Source: Saccharolobus solfataricus (GTDB lineage Archaea; Thermoproteota; Thermoprotei_A; Sulfolobales; Sulfolobaceae). From it: a stretch of 32,000 nucleotides of DNA. The DNA is taken from NCBI RefSeq assembly GCF_900079115.1, contig NZ_LT549890.1, forward strand, positions 2,610,001-2,642,000. Direction: 5' to 3'. Every line of letters begins with the position of its first letter. The first letter of the stretch is position 1. Below the pieces are notes generated by a model. That model saw nothing but the letters and a program-made list of their open reading frames with translations, was not told the DNA's origin and searched no databases. Positions 11,792 through 20,844 of this stretch are shown here, one piece after another. The translations under genes and the position numbers were made by a program.

Positions 11792-12726
11792 AATTCGGGA
11801 TACAATCGCCTTATTCCTCTAACTTCCAATAAGTACACTTTTTTGTCCTCTATTGCCCACTCAATGTTTATATTTCTCTTGAAAATACTTTCTATGGCTA
11901 TAGCCATGTTTGCAATTCTTATAGCATCATTATCACTTAAGCTCTCAGCCAATGCTTCTTCCTTACTTAGTTCAATGCTCTTTATCTTTTTCTCGGCGAA
12001 ATCATAAGTTAATTTCATGACTTTTTCAGAAATTCTTTTACTTACTAATGATCTTGTAGCCTTACTTACTACGTATTGATCTGGAGTAACCATACCTTTA
12101 GTTACGCTTTCTCCAAGACCAAAAGATGACTCTATGACTACGTAATCTGGTTCTTCGGTTATGGGGTGTATTGAGAATGCTGTACCTGCACTAACTGGGT
12201 TTATCATTGTTTGGACAAGAATTGCCATCCCTGCTTCATTATGAGTTAAGATCCTATAAGCTATCGCTCTGGGATTAAAATACGACGCGATAACTCTCTT
12301 AATACTTGGAATGAGATTTTCCTGAGTAACAAATAAGTCTGTTTCGTATTCACCAGCAAAACTAGCACCACTTAAGGGGGATGTAGCTGTTGCCCTTACA
12401 GCAACGTATTTTGAACCTAATTGAGAGAACCTTTCATATATTTCTTTTTCCATTTCGTTTGGTAATTTCGATGCTATAATCATGCTTTTTATCATTTCGC
12501 TTCTCTTTTCCAGATCCGTCGTATCGTTTAAATTTACGGAGGATAGTATTCCTCTTATTTCGTCATCAAGATCTTTAATCGCTTCATTTACTCCTCTTGA
12601 TGATATTATGAACCCTTTAGGGATGTTAAATCCCATCTTATATAATTCGCCTAGATAAGCGCTTTTTCTACCCACAATCGAGACCATTGACAAACTAACT
12701 TCGTCTAGTAAGTATGTATAGTTCAT
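11788..12726 (-). CDS. Stand-alone PEP/pyruvate-binding (PPDK_N, ATP-grasp) domain protein, a truncated PEP synthase/PPDK paralogue
   Basis: 312-aa ORF that aligns by eye to the PpsA N-terminal domain: VGRKSAYLGEL against VGGKGANLGEL, VAVRATATS...ASFAGEYET against VAVRSSATAED..ASFAGQQET, GLGESVTKGMVTPD, and EWAIEDKKVYLLEVR. It ends before any phospho-His swivel or TIM-barrel domain. Confidence 0.75.
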   Translation of the reverse strand: MNYTYLLDEVSLSMVSIVGRKSAYLGELYKMGFNIPKGFIISSRGVNEAIKDLDDEIRGILSSVNLNDTTDLEKRSEMIKSMIIASKLPNEMEKEIYERFSQLGSKYVAVRATATSPLSGASFAGEYETDLFVTQENLIPSIKRVIASYFNPRAIAYRILTHNEAGMAILVQTMINPVSAGTAFSIHPITEEPDYVVIESSFGLGESVTKGMVTPDQYVVSKATRSLVSKRISEKVMKLTYDFAEKKIKSIELSKEEALAESLSDNDAIRIANMAIAIESIFKRNINIEWAIEDKKVYLLEVRGIRRLYPEF

Positions 12727-12787
12727 AAATTACATTTTGTTAAATAGGCTTAAAATACTACCTATTATTTATGTTGTAAAAGTTAAT

Positions 12788-13561
12788 CTAATATATCCTT
12801 TCACTATGAGTGTAAATGTTTAAACTTTTTCCTCGGAGAAAACCTATAAGAGTTAATCCAGCTTCTTCGGCAATTTCAATAGCTAGACTAGTGGGGGCTG
12901 AAATTCCACAGATTATCGGTATTCCCGCTTTTATCCCTTTGCTAACGATCTCATATCCTAATCTACCGCTAACTTGCATAATATAATTACTTGCTGGGAT
13001 CTTATCCTCCAGCAATAATCTACCAACTACCTTATCAACAGCGTTATGTCTCCCCACGTCCTCATATATAAATAATAATTCTCCTTGAGGGTTAAATAAT
13101 GCAGTTGCATGAAGACCTCCGCTAATGTTGAAGACACTTTGTTTTTCCCTTAATTTTTCTGGAAATGAAAAAATGACCTCTCTTTTGACTTTTAAATCAG
13201 ATTTAAGTATATTTAATGTGTAGAGGAAAGCCCTACCGCAAACTCCACAGCTTGAATTTACAATTAACTCTCTTATTCTTATTCCAATAGGTTTATTTAA
13301 TTTAACCTCTATAACGTTATTCTCTACTTGCTTAATATCCTCAACGTCATGAATAGAGTTTATAACACCTTCTGAGTATAAAAAACCTAGCGAAAGTTCT
13401 TTATCATCTCCCGGTGTTCTCATTATTATCGCGAAGTCTTCACACTTCTCAAAACAAGTCCTTATATTTAATGGTTCTTCTACTGCAACAAAATCACTAT
13501 CCTTATATGCCTCACTATCCTTAACCCTTACTAAGTCAAACCTCTTTACTCGCACTCCCAA
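12788..13561 (-). CDS. fdhD: FdhD, formate dehydrogenase accessory sulfurtransferase
   Basis: 257-aa ORF with the characteristic SSCGVCG motif, the GGLH motif and VGRHNAVDK. It lies in an operon with fdhA. The start is TTG at 13561 or GTG at 13555. Confidence 0.88.
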   Translation of the reverse strand: MGVRVKRFDLVRVKDSEAYKDSDFVAVEEPLNIRTCFEKCEDFAIIMRTPGDDKELSLGFLYSEGVINSIHDVEDIKQVENNVIEVKLNKPIGIRIRELIVNSSCGVCGRAFLYTLNILKSDLKVKREVIFSFPEKLREKQSVFNISGGLHATALFNPQGELLFIYEDVGRHNAVDKVVGRLLLEDKIPASNYIMQVSGRLGYEIVSKGIKAGIPIICGISAPTSLAIEIAEEAGLTLIGFLRGKSLNIYTHSERIY

Positions 13562-13892
13562 TCGCCTTAAGTATCTTTAGTAACAAATATAATCCTCTCT
13601 TCACATCTGGGTCGTTAAGCTGTTTAGTTAATTCAGTTAAACTGATATCCTTAGCTTCTTCTTTACCACTTAGTATACTATATATTATATTAATATTCCT
13701 TATCAAAACTGCGTTTTGTTCAGCTAGAAAGGCTAAATTTTGATCGAAAGTATTCATCATTCCTACTAACAAAGGCAAGATCCCAGTCTTTTGTAGAGTG
13801 TTGATTAGTTTCAAAAAGTTCTCTAGAGCCTCTCTACTCTCAATTAGCTGTTCAATTAACCCGTCAATGGCTTGAACTCCTCCCTCTTCCAT
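13536..13892 (-). CDS. Small helical protein, DUF1641-like, commonly linked to formate dehydrogenase genes
   Basis: 118-aa ORF whose ends overlap both fdhA and fdhD. The family assignment is from memory of gene context and sequence character only. Confidence 0.5.
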   Translation of the reverse strand: MEEGGVQAIDGLIEQLIESREALENFLKLINTLQKTGILPLLVGMMNTFDQNLAFLAEQNAVLIRNINIIYSILSGKEEAKDISLTELTKQLNDPDVKRGLYLLLKILKAIGSASKEV

Positions 13893-16795
13893 TTTTTCTC
13901 CACCTCTATACCTATTTGTCTCCTCCTTTCATTGACATGAAATCTCCAGTTATCTAAAGGTAAAGGACTCTCACCTTTACCCTCCTCTATTTTCTCAATA
14001 ACAACTGGAGTATCCTTATACCCTGGGGTACCACTAGCCTTATCTATTACTAACCCTGTTAAGTTATTTACACCCTTGGAAGGATCTGATGCATATAGTG
14101 GTATAAAGATCTCTTCACCTTCTACTCTATCACTAACTATAGCCCTTGCTTTAATCTCTCCACCAAATTTAGACTTAACAAGCACAAGATCACCGTTTTT
14201 GATTGAGTATTTAGAGGCTAACTCTTTAGAAACCTCTACAAATGTTTCTGGAACCTTTCTCCTTAACCCCTCAACTCTCCTAGTCATATTACCTACATGG
14301 AAATGCTCTAAGACCCTTCCAGTATTTACAGTTACTTTGTGAACTTCATCCTTAAGTTCTGGTGGTTTCCAGCTTAATGGGTAAAGTATTGCCTTGCCAT
14401 CTTTAGTAGCAAATGCGTTTGTATAGAGCAATGGCGTATCACTCCCATCTTCATTAACTGGCCACAGTAGGCTATTAAATCCTTCTAATCTCGAATAATT
14501 GACGCCAGCAAATATTGGGCCTAGTTTAGCAATCTCGTTCATTATTTCTGCCGGATGATTATAACTCCAATTCGCTCCTAGTGCGTTTGCAACCATTTGT
14601 ATTATTTCCCAGTCAGGTTTAGAATCACCAATTGGTTCCATAGCCTTGTAGAACCTTTGTATCCTCCTTTCAGTATTCACAAAAGTACCATCTTTCTCTA
14701 GGCTAGCAGCAGCTGGTAATATTACGTCAGCTAACTTCGCAGTCTCAGTTATAAACATGTCTTGTACCACTAGGAAGTCGACTTTCTCTAATGCTTGTCT
14801 AGTTAAAGGAGTCCCACAATCAACCATCACAGTATCTTCACCGACTATATATAATGCGTGGATTTTCCCTTCCAATACACCTTCTATCATTTGGGGTATC
14901 TGTAGTCCAGGATTTCTATTTAATTTCACACCCCAAGCTTCTTCGAATTTCGCTATTACATTTTCATCCTCTAGTTTTTGATACCCTGGTAAATAATTGG
15001 GTAAGCAACCGAAATCGCTAACTCCTTGGACGTTATTATGACCTCTCATTGGGAAAGCTCCACTACCGGGTTTCCCATAATTCCCAGTTATAAGCAATAG
15101 GTCTGAAATTATCGTTGAAGTATCAGCTCCACCCAAATGTTGAGTTACTCCCATTCCCCATAATACCGCCACACTATTAGCATTATGGATCATTTCAGCA
15201 AGTTTAATTATTTGATCTCTAGGGACACCAGTTATATCTTCAACGTAATCTAATGTAAATCCCTTTATAGATTCCTTAAACTCTTCAAAACCATTAACCC
15301 TCTTATCAATGAACTCTTTATCAATCCACCCCTGGTCAATAAGGTATTTAGCAACACCAGCTAAAACTGCTGCATCAGTTCCAGGCTTAGGTTTGATAAA
15401 CAGGTCAGCCTTTTCAGCAATCTCATGTTTTCTAACGTCAATTACCACGATCTTTGAACCGTTTATCTTTTTAGCTCTCTTTACCTTGCTTCCTATTACT
15501 GGATGACTCTCAGTTGTGTTGTGACCAACAATTACAATCAAATTAGCGTTTTCGATATCCCTAATTGTTCCTGAATCTGCACCTATACCGACAGTTCTCC
15601 ATAACCCAACAGTTGCTGGAGATTGGCAATACCTTGCTGAATTATCTACATTATTAGTACCTATTATAGCTCTTGCTAGTTTCTGTAGTAAGTACGCCTC
15701 TTCATTGCTCATCTTATCTGAGGCTATGAAACCTATGGAATCTGGACCATATCTCTCCTTGATCTCCTTCAATCTTTTAGCTATGTACGAGATTGCCTCA
15801 TCCCAACTAGCTTCCCTAAACTTATCACCCTCCCTTATTAAGGGCTTAGTAATTCTTTCCGAGCTATTTACAAAATCCCAGCCGAATTTACCCTTTACGC
15901 AAGTTAGAATACCATTGGCTGGTGACTCAGGTTTTGGCTCAATTTTTAATATTTTCCTACCCTTAGTCCAAATCTCAAATGAACAACCAACACCACAGTA
16001 TATACAGACTGTTTTAGTTTTCTTTATTTGTGATTCCCTAGCCTTAGCCTCTATCTCGCTAAAGGTCATTAATAAGCTAAAGTTATCCTCAGCTTTCCCT
16101 ATAGCCTCTATTGCTTTTTTCTTTAAATCCTTATTAATCCAAGTGAGATAGCCAGCCTCTCCCAACATTGATTTTTCCATTAATGCGTTGACTGGACAAA
16201 CAGTAACGCACGTACCACAATTTACGCATGAGGAGTTGCCTATGGGATTTCCGTTATCCCAAACTACTCTTGGAGGATTGAGATCCCAATTAATCCATAT
16301 TACCTCATTTACTGCAAAATCTTGGCAAGCCTCAACACATCTACCGCATAGGATACATTGTGATGGATCATATATGTAAAAGGGACCACTTTCATCCGTT
16401 TGATAAGGCTTTTCTACGTACTTTTGAGAATTAATATTCAATTTTATTACAGCCTCGTGAAGTACGCAATCCCCATTATTATTCTCACAAATACTACAGT
16501 ACAATTTGTGATATCTTAGTATTCTGGAGATTGCGGTCTTTCTTGCTTCCATAGCTCTTTTAGAGTTAACTGAGATACTCATTCCATCTTCGACTCTTGT
16601 TGAACAAGCTCTAACTAGTTTCCCATTAACCTCAACTAGGCATGAATCACAGCTCTCTATGGGAACTAATCCTTCATTGTAACATATGTGTGGAATGTAA
16701 ATACCATTCCTCTTTAGTGTTGATAGAATTGTCTCTCCTTCATTAGCTAATACCTCTTTATTATCGATAACTAGTTTTATTGACACAAGACTCAT
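13856..16795 (-). CDS. fdhA: Formate dehydrogenase alpha subunit (molybdopterin/tungstopterin oxidoreductase with a NuoG-like N-terminal Fe-S module), Cys type
   Basis: 979-aa uninterrupted ORF. The N-terminus has a 2Fe-2S ferredoxin fold (CYNEGLVPIESCDSCLVEV...RAC) followed by two 4Fe-4S motifs (CILCGRCVEAC, CVNCGTCVTVCP). The MopB cluster motif is CIYCGVGC. The active-site position reads NNVDNSARYCQSP, so it carries Cys and not a TGA-encoded Sec. Confidence 0.9.
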   Translation of the reverse strand: MSLVSIKLVIDNKEVLANEGETILSTLKRNGIYIPHICYNEGLVPIESCDSCLVEVNGKLVRACSTRVEDGMSISVNSKRAMEARKTAISRILRYHKLYCSICENNNGDCVLHEAVIKLNINSQKYVEKPYQTDESGPFYIYDPSQCILCGRCVEACQDFAVNEVIWINWDLNPPRVVWDNGNPIGNSSCVNCGTCVTVCPVNALMEKSMLGEAGYLTWINKDLKKKAIEAIGKAEDNFSLLMTFSEIEAKARESQIKKTKTVCIYCGVGCSFEIWTKGRKILKIEPKPESPANGILTCVKGKFGWDFVNSSERITKPLIREGDKFREASWDEAISYIAKRLKEIKERYGPDSIGFIASDKMSNEEAYLLQKLARAIIGTNNVDNSARYCQSPATVGLWRTVGIGADSGTIRDIENANLIVIVGHNTTESHPVIGSKVKRAKKINGSKIVVIDVRKHEIAEKADLFIKPKPGTDAAVLAGVAKYLIDQGWIDKEFIDKRVNGFEEFKESIKGFTLDYVEDITGVPRDQIIKLAEMIHNANSVAVLWGMGVTQHLGGADTSTIISDLLLITGNYGKPGSGAFPMRGHNNVQGVSDFGCLPNYLPGYQKLEDENVIAKFEEAWGVKLNRNPGLQIPQMIEGVLEGKIHALYIVGEDTVMVDCGTPLTRQALEKVDFLVVQDMFITETAKLADVILPAAASLEKDGTFVNTERRIQRFYKAMEPIGDSKPDWEIIQMVANALGANWSYNHPAEIMNEIAKLGPIFAGVNYSRLEGFNSLLWPVNEDGSDTPLLYTNAFATKDGKAILYPLSWKPPELKDEVHKVTVNTGRVLEHFHVGNMTRRVEGLRRKVPETFVEVSKELASKYSIKNGDLVLVKSKFGGEIKARAIVSDRVEGEEIFIPLYASDPSKGVNNLTGLVIDKASGTPGYKDTPVVIEKIEEGKGESPLPLDNWRFHVNERRRQIGIEVEKKWKREEFKPLTG

Positions 16796-17069
16796 CTCTT
16801 GTTGGAATCTTAAAAAGTTTGTTAACTAAAATTTTCAAAAGTTAAAAATAAGGGGCTTGATAAATTACTTACATAGGTGCACGCTATTAGAGTACATTTC
16901 TCTTCACTTTCGCACTCAAATATTCCATAACCTGAATGACAAATTAATGTCTTACGTATTGTATAGTACTTCCCCTTTTTAGGATACATAATCTAACTTT
17001 CTTAATACACATATATAAAGCTTTATTGGTAATTTTGGAATTTTTTCCTATTAAAAATCGTAACTTAGG

Positions 17070-17546
17070 TCACAAAAAGTAGTATAGATCAAGATAAACT
17101 ACTACGAGATACATCATTATCCAAACTATAGGGATAATATATTTGAACAAGATAGGATTTTTAATGCCCTTCGAAAGAATTAACGACCCAACTCCAGAGA
17201 CTGTGTGTAAAATGAAGAATAGCGCTAATGGAATTATCAAAACCAGATGTAGTTCTAAAGAATTTCCTCTATTTAACAAATTAAAAGTTAGTGTGCTAAT
17301 TATACCTGAAGTCTGTGGACCAGCACCAAATCCCGTAATACCCTCTAAGATTGACAGTACTAGTAGGTAAATTGACGTGTTTTTTCTAAAATTAGGGCTG
17401 TAAATCGAATCCTTAAAATTTGGATCAAATAACTTGGTGGAAGCTATGGAAGTTATAATTAGCCCTAATAACCAAATTGGTTGATATACTATCGTGAAGG
17501 CTGGAATTATTGCTGAAGTAATCATTCCAATGTTACTTTTTCGCAT
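17070..17546 (-). CDS. Integral membrane protein (4-5 TM), putative partner of the upstream molybdoenzyme
   Basis: 158-aa hydrophobic ORF that overlaps the preceding gene by 14 nt. Its only two His residues lie in one TM helix with H-x13-H spacing (HLVLIIPLALFFILH). Confidence 0.55.
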   Translation of the reverse strand: MRKSNIGMITSAIIPAFTIVYQPIWLLGLIITSIASTKLFDPNFKDSIYSPNFRKNTSIYLLVLSILEGITGFGAGPQTSGIISTLTFNLLNRGNSLELHLVLIIPLALFFILHTVSGVGSLILSKGIKNPILFKYIIPIVWIMMYLVVVYLDLYYFL

Positions 17547-18162
17547 AGTCAGGATACCCCAGAGATTCCCAATAGCCTAGAATGTTTTTAGATGTGAAGT
17601 GAAGTCTAACTAACCATTTAACGTAAGTATATCCCCACCATCCCGGTACTACAAGCCTAACTGGATATCCATGGACTTGAGGCAATGGTTTATCATCAGC
17701 CATATAAGCTATTAAAACATTTGGCTCTTTAGCCTTTTCTATCGGCAAATCTGCAGTGTAACCGTCAGCACCATATCCTACAACTTTTATCACATTAGAC
17801 TTTGGCTTAACCATGTCAATTACATAGCTTAATGGTATCCCTTTCCAGAGGACATTCGCTCTGAGGAAATAGGGGTCTGAAACACATTGTATTGTATCCT
17901 TAACCTCAATTGAAGGCATGTTAAGTAAATCTTGGTAAGTCAATTTCAATGGATTCTCGATCTCGCCGTCTACAGTCAAGACGTAGTTATTCAGCATTAT
18001 ATCTGGTACTATTTGACTATATTGAACCACATACCAAGAACCAAATGGGGTTAAACCATTTTGTGCGTGCTGCATTTCACTAATTGACAATCTACCCAAG
18101 ACCAATAACGATGAGGATATTAATAGTAGTTTTAAGAAATCTCTCCTATTTGTTAGCCTCAT
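17533..18162 (-). CDS. Tat-exported molybdopterin-binding oxidoreductase, sulfite oxidase/YedY(MsrP) family, catalytic domain only
   Basis: 209-aa ORF. The twin-arginine signal is MRLTNRRDFLKLLLISS. The Oxidored_molyb-like core contains the candidate Mo-ligand Cys in IQCVSD, plus WKGIPL and the GYPVRLVVPGWWGY motif. Confidence 0.8.
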   Translation of the reverse strand: MRLTNRRDFLKLLLISSSLLVLGRLSISEMQHAQNGLTPFGSWYVVQYSQIVPDIMLNNYVLTVDGEIENPLKLTYQDLLNMPSIEVKDTIQCVSDPYFLRANVLWKGIPLSYVIDMVKPKSNVIKVVGYGADGYTADLPIEKAKEPNVLIAYMADDKPLPQVHGYPVRLVVPGWWGYTYVKWLVRLHFTSKNILGYWESLGYPDYAKK

Positions 18163-18534
18163 AAGTGAAATGGGAAATGATAAAATATTAAGGATTTTCC
18201 CAAATCTTAGCGACTGTTTAAAAAAGTGTGGGCAACAATTTCGTTCATTTGAAACTTAGTTTAAATTCCTCCAATACCAGTTCCGCCAGCAAGTGTTCTC
18301 ATGTAGCCATCTTATTTGATATTATACAGTAAAATTAAATTAGGCTAGAAATTTCCACAATTAATCGTTTCGATCGAGATGCAGCCAATGAATTAGAACG
18401 TGAAAACAGCCTCTGAAAAAGGTTTATGTGCGAGGGTTACTAGATCCGTCTTGCTAACCCTCACAAAAACCTCACACATGAGTTTTTCTGTCAGTCCTTT
18501 CAATTTCTAATCCCGTAACTATCTTCAGATTAAA

Positions 18535-18698
18535 GGGCAATTCAAGTGTTTTTTGCGAACTCATTTTATTGCGAATATTTCTACGAAATTAACTAAATGA
18601 AGACGACTAATTAGCAGAGATACATGATTACCTACGTTAACATTTTTATAATAGTATTCTTTAGAAAATACAATTCGAAATGGACTCTTGAATCGCTC
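18535..18698 (+). mobile_element. MITE copy 2 (164 bp)
   Basis: The left end GGGCAATTCAAGTGTTTTTTGCGAA and the right end TTCGAAATGGACTCTTGAATCGCTC are imperfect inverted repeats of the same type as the IS ends at 27538 and 29923. The internal sequence is homologous to copy 1 and, in reverse orientation, to copy 3. Confidence 0.6.
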
Positions 18699-18932
18699 GC
18701 TAAATCCCGAAGATCAATTAACAGCCCTAGGAAATCCGTCAATTTCTCAAAAGATTAGTGAGGTACTGGTGTTGTTGGTTAAAATAAGTTTTTCCATAAT
18801 TTACGTCGAAGTTACCGATAACTTATTGTAAAAAATTTTTATCATTATAATTTCCGTTAGACTTCAGTATCGTGTTCTAAATCTTGACATATGGCTATAA
18901 TATTTTCACTGTTATTAAATTTTCCGACAATG

Positions 18933-18940
18933 TTTATAAA
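18933..18940 (+). promoter_or_regulatory. TATA box for the wHTH regulator gene (leaderless transcript)
   Basis: TTTATAAA is centred about 26 nt upstream of the ATG at 18962. Confidence 0.4.
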
Positions 18941-18961
18941 CTTCAACTTATATATTATAGT

Positions 18962-19276
18962 ATGCAACTTGAACGGCGTAAAAGAGGAACAATGGAAATA
19001 ATGTTTGATATATTGAGGAATTGTGAGCCAAAATGCGGAATAACGAGAGTAATATACGGTGCTGGTATAAATTATGTAGTAGCTCAAAAATATTTGGATC
19101 AATTGGTAAAAGTAGGTGCTTTAAACATTAAAACTGAAAATGATAGAAAGATTTATGAGATAACTGAAAAGGGTAAGTTACTAAGGACTCATATCGAAGA
19201 ATTCATAAAGATAAGAGAGAATTTGTATTCGGCTAAAGAGAAAGTTAGTGAACTTTTAAGAACAGACAGTGAGTAA
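18962..19276 (+). CDS. Winged-helix DNA-binding protein (COG3432 / HTH_45-like archaeal regulator)
   Basis: The pattern IMFDILRNCEPKCGITRVIYGAGINYVVAQKYLDQLVKVGALNIK...YEITEKGKLL fits this small archaeal wHTH family. I use the internal ATG at 18962 rather than the track start at 18884 because of the TATA box position. The ATG at 18992 is also possible. Confidence 0.6.
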   Translation: MQLERRKRGTMEIMFDILRNCEPKCGITRVIYGAGINYVVAQKYLDQLVKVGALNIKTENDRKIYEITEKGKLLRTHIEEFIKIRENLYSAKEKVSELLRTDSE

Positions 19277-19287
19277 ACAAGGTGTAG

Positions 19288-19704
19288 CTAGAGTTTTCTC
19301 TTTATTCTTTCTAGTCGAATTTTCTCTTCAAATGTTTTCTCCAATTGATTTAGTCTATTCGATATATGGACTCTTAGTGGCAAATATATAATGTATAAGT
19401 TCTGGAGTAGTATGGTAATAACTATTTTATTTTCGATAGCTTGAATGTTTATTTTCCCAGAGACATTAGGTGGTCTTTCAAACTCAATAATGTGGGTAAT
19501 ATTATAAGATCCTACATATTCTCTACCTTGGAAAACAACCGGTAATTTCCCAATATCGCCTTCACATCTATAGAGTCTACTATCAGAGTTTAGGAGAAAT
19601 TTTGTAACTGGAAGAACTAAAGGGATGAAAAATTCTGGATCGCTTAATATTTTAATTACAGCATCAATATCATGGTTAGTCATTATTATCTTTCGCCATT
19701 CCAT
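19288..19704 (-). CDS. Hypothetical protein
   Basis: 138-aa ORF, convergent with the wHTH gene. No family recognised. Confidence 0.4.
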   Translation of the reverse strand: MEWRKIIMTNHDIDAVIKILSDPEFFIPLVLPVTKFLLNSDSRLYRCEGDIGKLPVVFQGREYVGSYNITHIIEFERPPNVSGKINIQAIENKIVITILLQNLYIIYLPLRVHISNRLNQLEKTFEEKIRLERIKRKL

Positions 19705-19797
19705 TATATATTAATAAAATCCAGTGTATAATAAAGTTTAAACTCACTATACAATATAAGCTTATCATACATTTCTATTTTATACAAGTTTAGTTAT

Positions 19798-20673
19798 TTA
19801 ACCCTTTTTCTTAAGCTCCCAGTAAGCCTTATCAAATGCCCCATTAATTAAGTTCAATATACCATTAAGCTGTTTTATATCGTTAAAGTGCAAAATTACT
19901 GTAAAAGCATTAGTCCCTCCATTCTTCCCAGTAAAGTAGATTTCAGGTAACTGAATTTTTTCCTTAGAGAAAAAGTCATTAATATATGCCTTAGCTAAAT
20001 TAAGTAAATCGTTGGCTGGTACATCTGCATTAACCAATAATTGGTAAGGATATACTAAGGAGTGCTCCGATTCTAATTTTTGAAATACAGTATTCCCTAG
20101 AAAAGCTGAATTTGGTATCTTAATAACGTTTCCATTAATTGTCTTAACTTCTGTGAAGAGTAGTGATATCTTACTGATTTCTCCAATTATCGGGTTTCCC
20201 CATATCCATGATATTAGTGAAACTGCATCGTTAAGTCTTATAGTTCTACTAGAAGTCACTAATATTCCCGATAATATATTCTGCGCAATTGTCTGGACTG
20301 CCAAACCAATCACAATACCACCTACAGCCCCACCAACTAGTACTCCAGTTAAGTTTACCTTTAACGCAGCGAGTATTACGAGAACGAGAATAGTATAAAA
20401 TATAATATCAAGGGCGACTTTTATGCTAGACGCTGTGCTTTTCTCTAATCTAGTCAGTAATTGACTGTAAATCAAACCTTGTAAAATTCTTATAATATAA
20501 AAACCACCTATGGCTATTATAATAACTGTTATTGCAGTAAATGTATCAGATGTGTAAGTGGATATTTGGGGGAAGTAAAACGTAAGTGTCTTTAAAATTA
20601 CGCTGGCTAAATAGTCTACAAGTGCCAAGATTACTAGAGCTAAAAGAACTTTAATGAGGGGTTTATAGTTCAT
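19798..20673 (-). CDS. Small-conductance mechanosensitive channel (MscS family)
   Basis: 291-aa ORF with N-terminal TM helices. The MscS pore and beta-domain signature is present: GGAVGGIVIGLAVQTIAQNILSGILV...IIGEISKISLLFTEVKTINGNVIKIPNS. Confidence 0.8.
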   Translation of the reverse strand: MNYKPLIKVLLALVILALVDYLASVILKTLTFYFPQISTYTSDTFTAITVIIIAIGGFYIIRILQGLIYSQLLTRLEKSTASSIKVALDIIFYTILVLVILAALKVNLTGVLVGGAVGGIVIGLAVQTIAQNILSGILVTSSRTIRLNDAVSLISWIWGNPIIGEISKISLLFTEVKTINGNVIKIPNSAFLGNTVFQKLESEHSLVYPYQLLVNADVPANDLLNLAKAYINDFFSKEKIQLPEIYFTGKNGGTNAFTVILHFNDIKQLNGILNLINGAFDKAYWELKKKG

Positions 20674-20844
20674 ACATTAGTACTTTCAATCATGGGTAAT
20701 AAGAGTTATTGGTAAATTTTTATAGGAATATCGTATATAAAACAATATATATTTTAATAAAATAAGAAGATGCTAGGTAAACATAAAAATAGTGTAACAC
20801 CATACTTATATAGAATCCCATGAAGGTTGAGAATGAAGGTCGTG

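Noticed and set aside
14076-16379. Five plus-strand ORFs inside fdhA (14076-14342, 14757-14981, 15309-15506, 15705-16151, 16188-16379)
   Set aside because: They are shadow ORFs antisense to a 979-aa gene with unambiguous motifs.
13856-16795. Possible selenocysteine (TGA) recoding in the formate dehydrogenase
   Set aside because: The 979-codon frame is uninterrupted, and the active-site position reads Cys (NSARYCQSP). No in-frame TGA or SECIS-like element needs to be invoked.
18380-18470. Possible C/D-box sRNA or other small RNA: ATGAAT and CTGA elements plus an 8-bp hairpin (GAGGGTTA 18432-18439 with TAACCCTC 18455-18462)
   Set aside because: The box sequences deviate from RUGAUGA/CUGA, and the C to D' spacing (about 19 nt) does not fit the 12-nt guide architecture. 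One hairpin alone is not enough to call an RNA gene.
18496-18520. CCTTTCAATTTCTAATCCCGTAAC resembles the reverse complement of Sulfolobus CRISPR repeats (...GAATTGAAAG)
   Set aside because: It is a single occurrence with no spacer-repeat periodicity. Only about 10 nt match my recollection of the repeat, so coincidence or an old relic is the most likely explanation.
18857-19102. Minus-strand 81-aa ORF, and the long N-terminal extension (18884-18961) of the wHTH ORF
   Set aside because: The minus-strand ORF overlaps the wHTH gene and its promoter. The extension would place the TATA box inside the coding region. No motif supports either.
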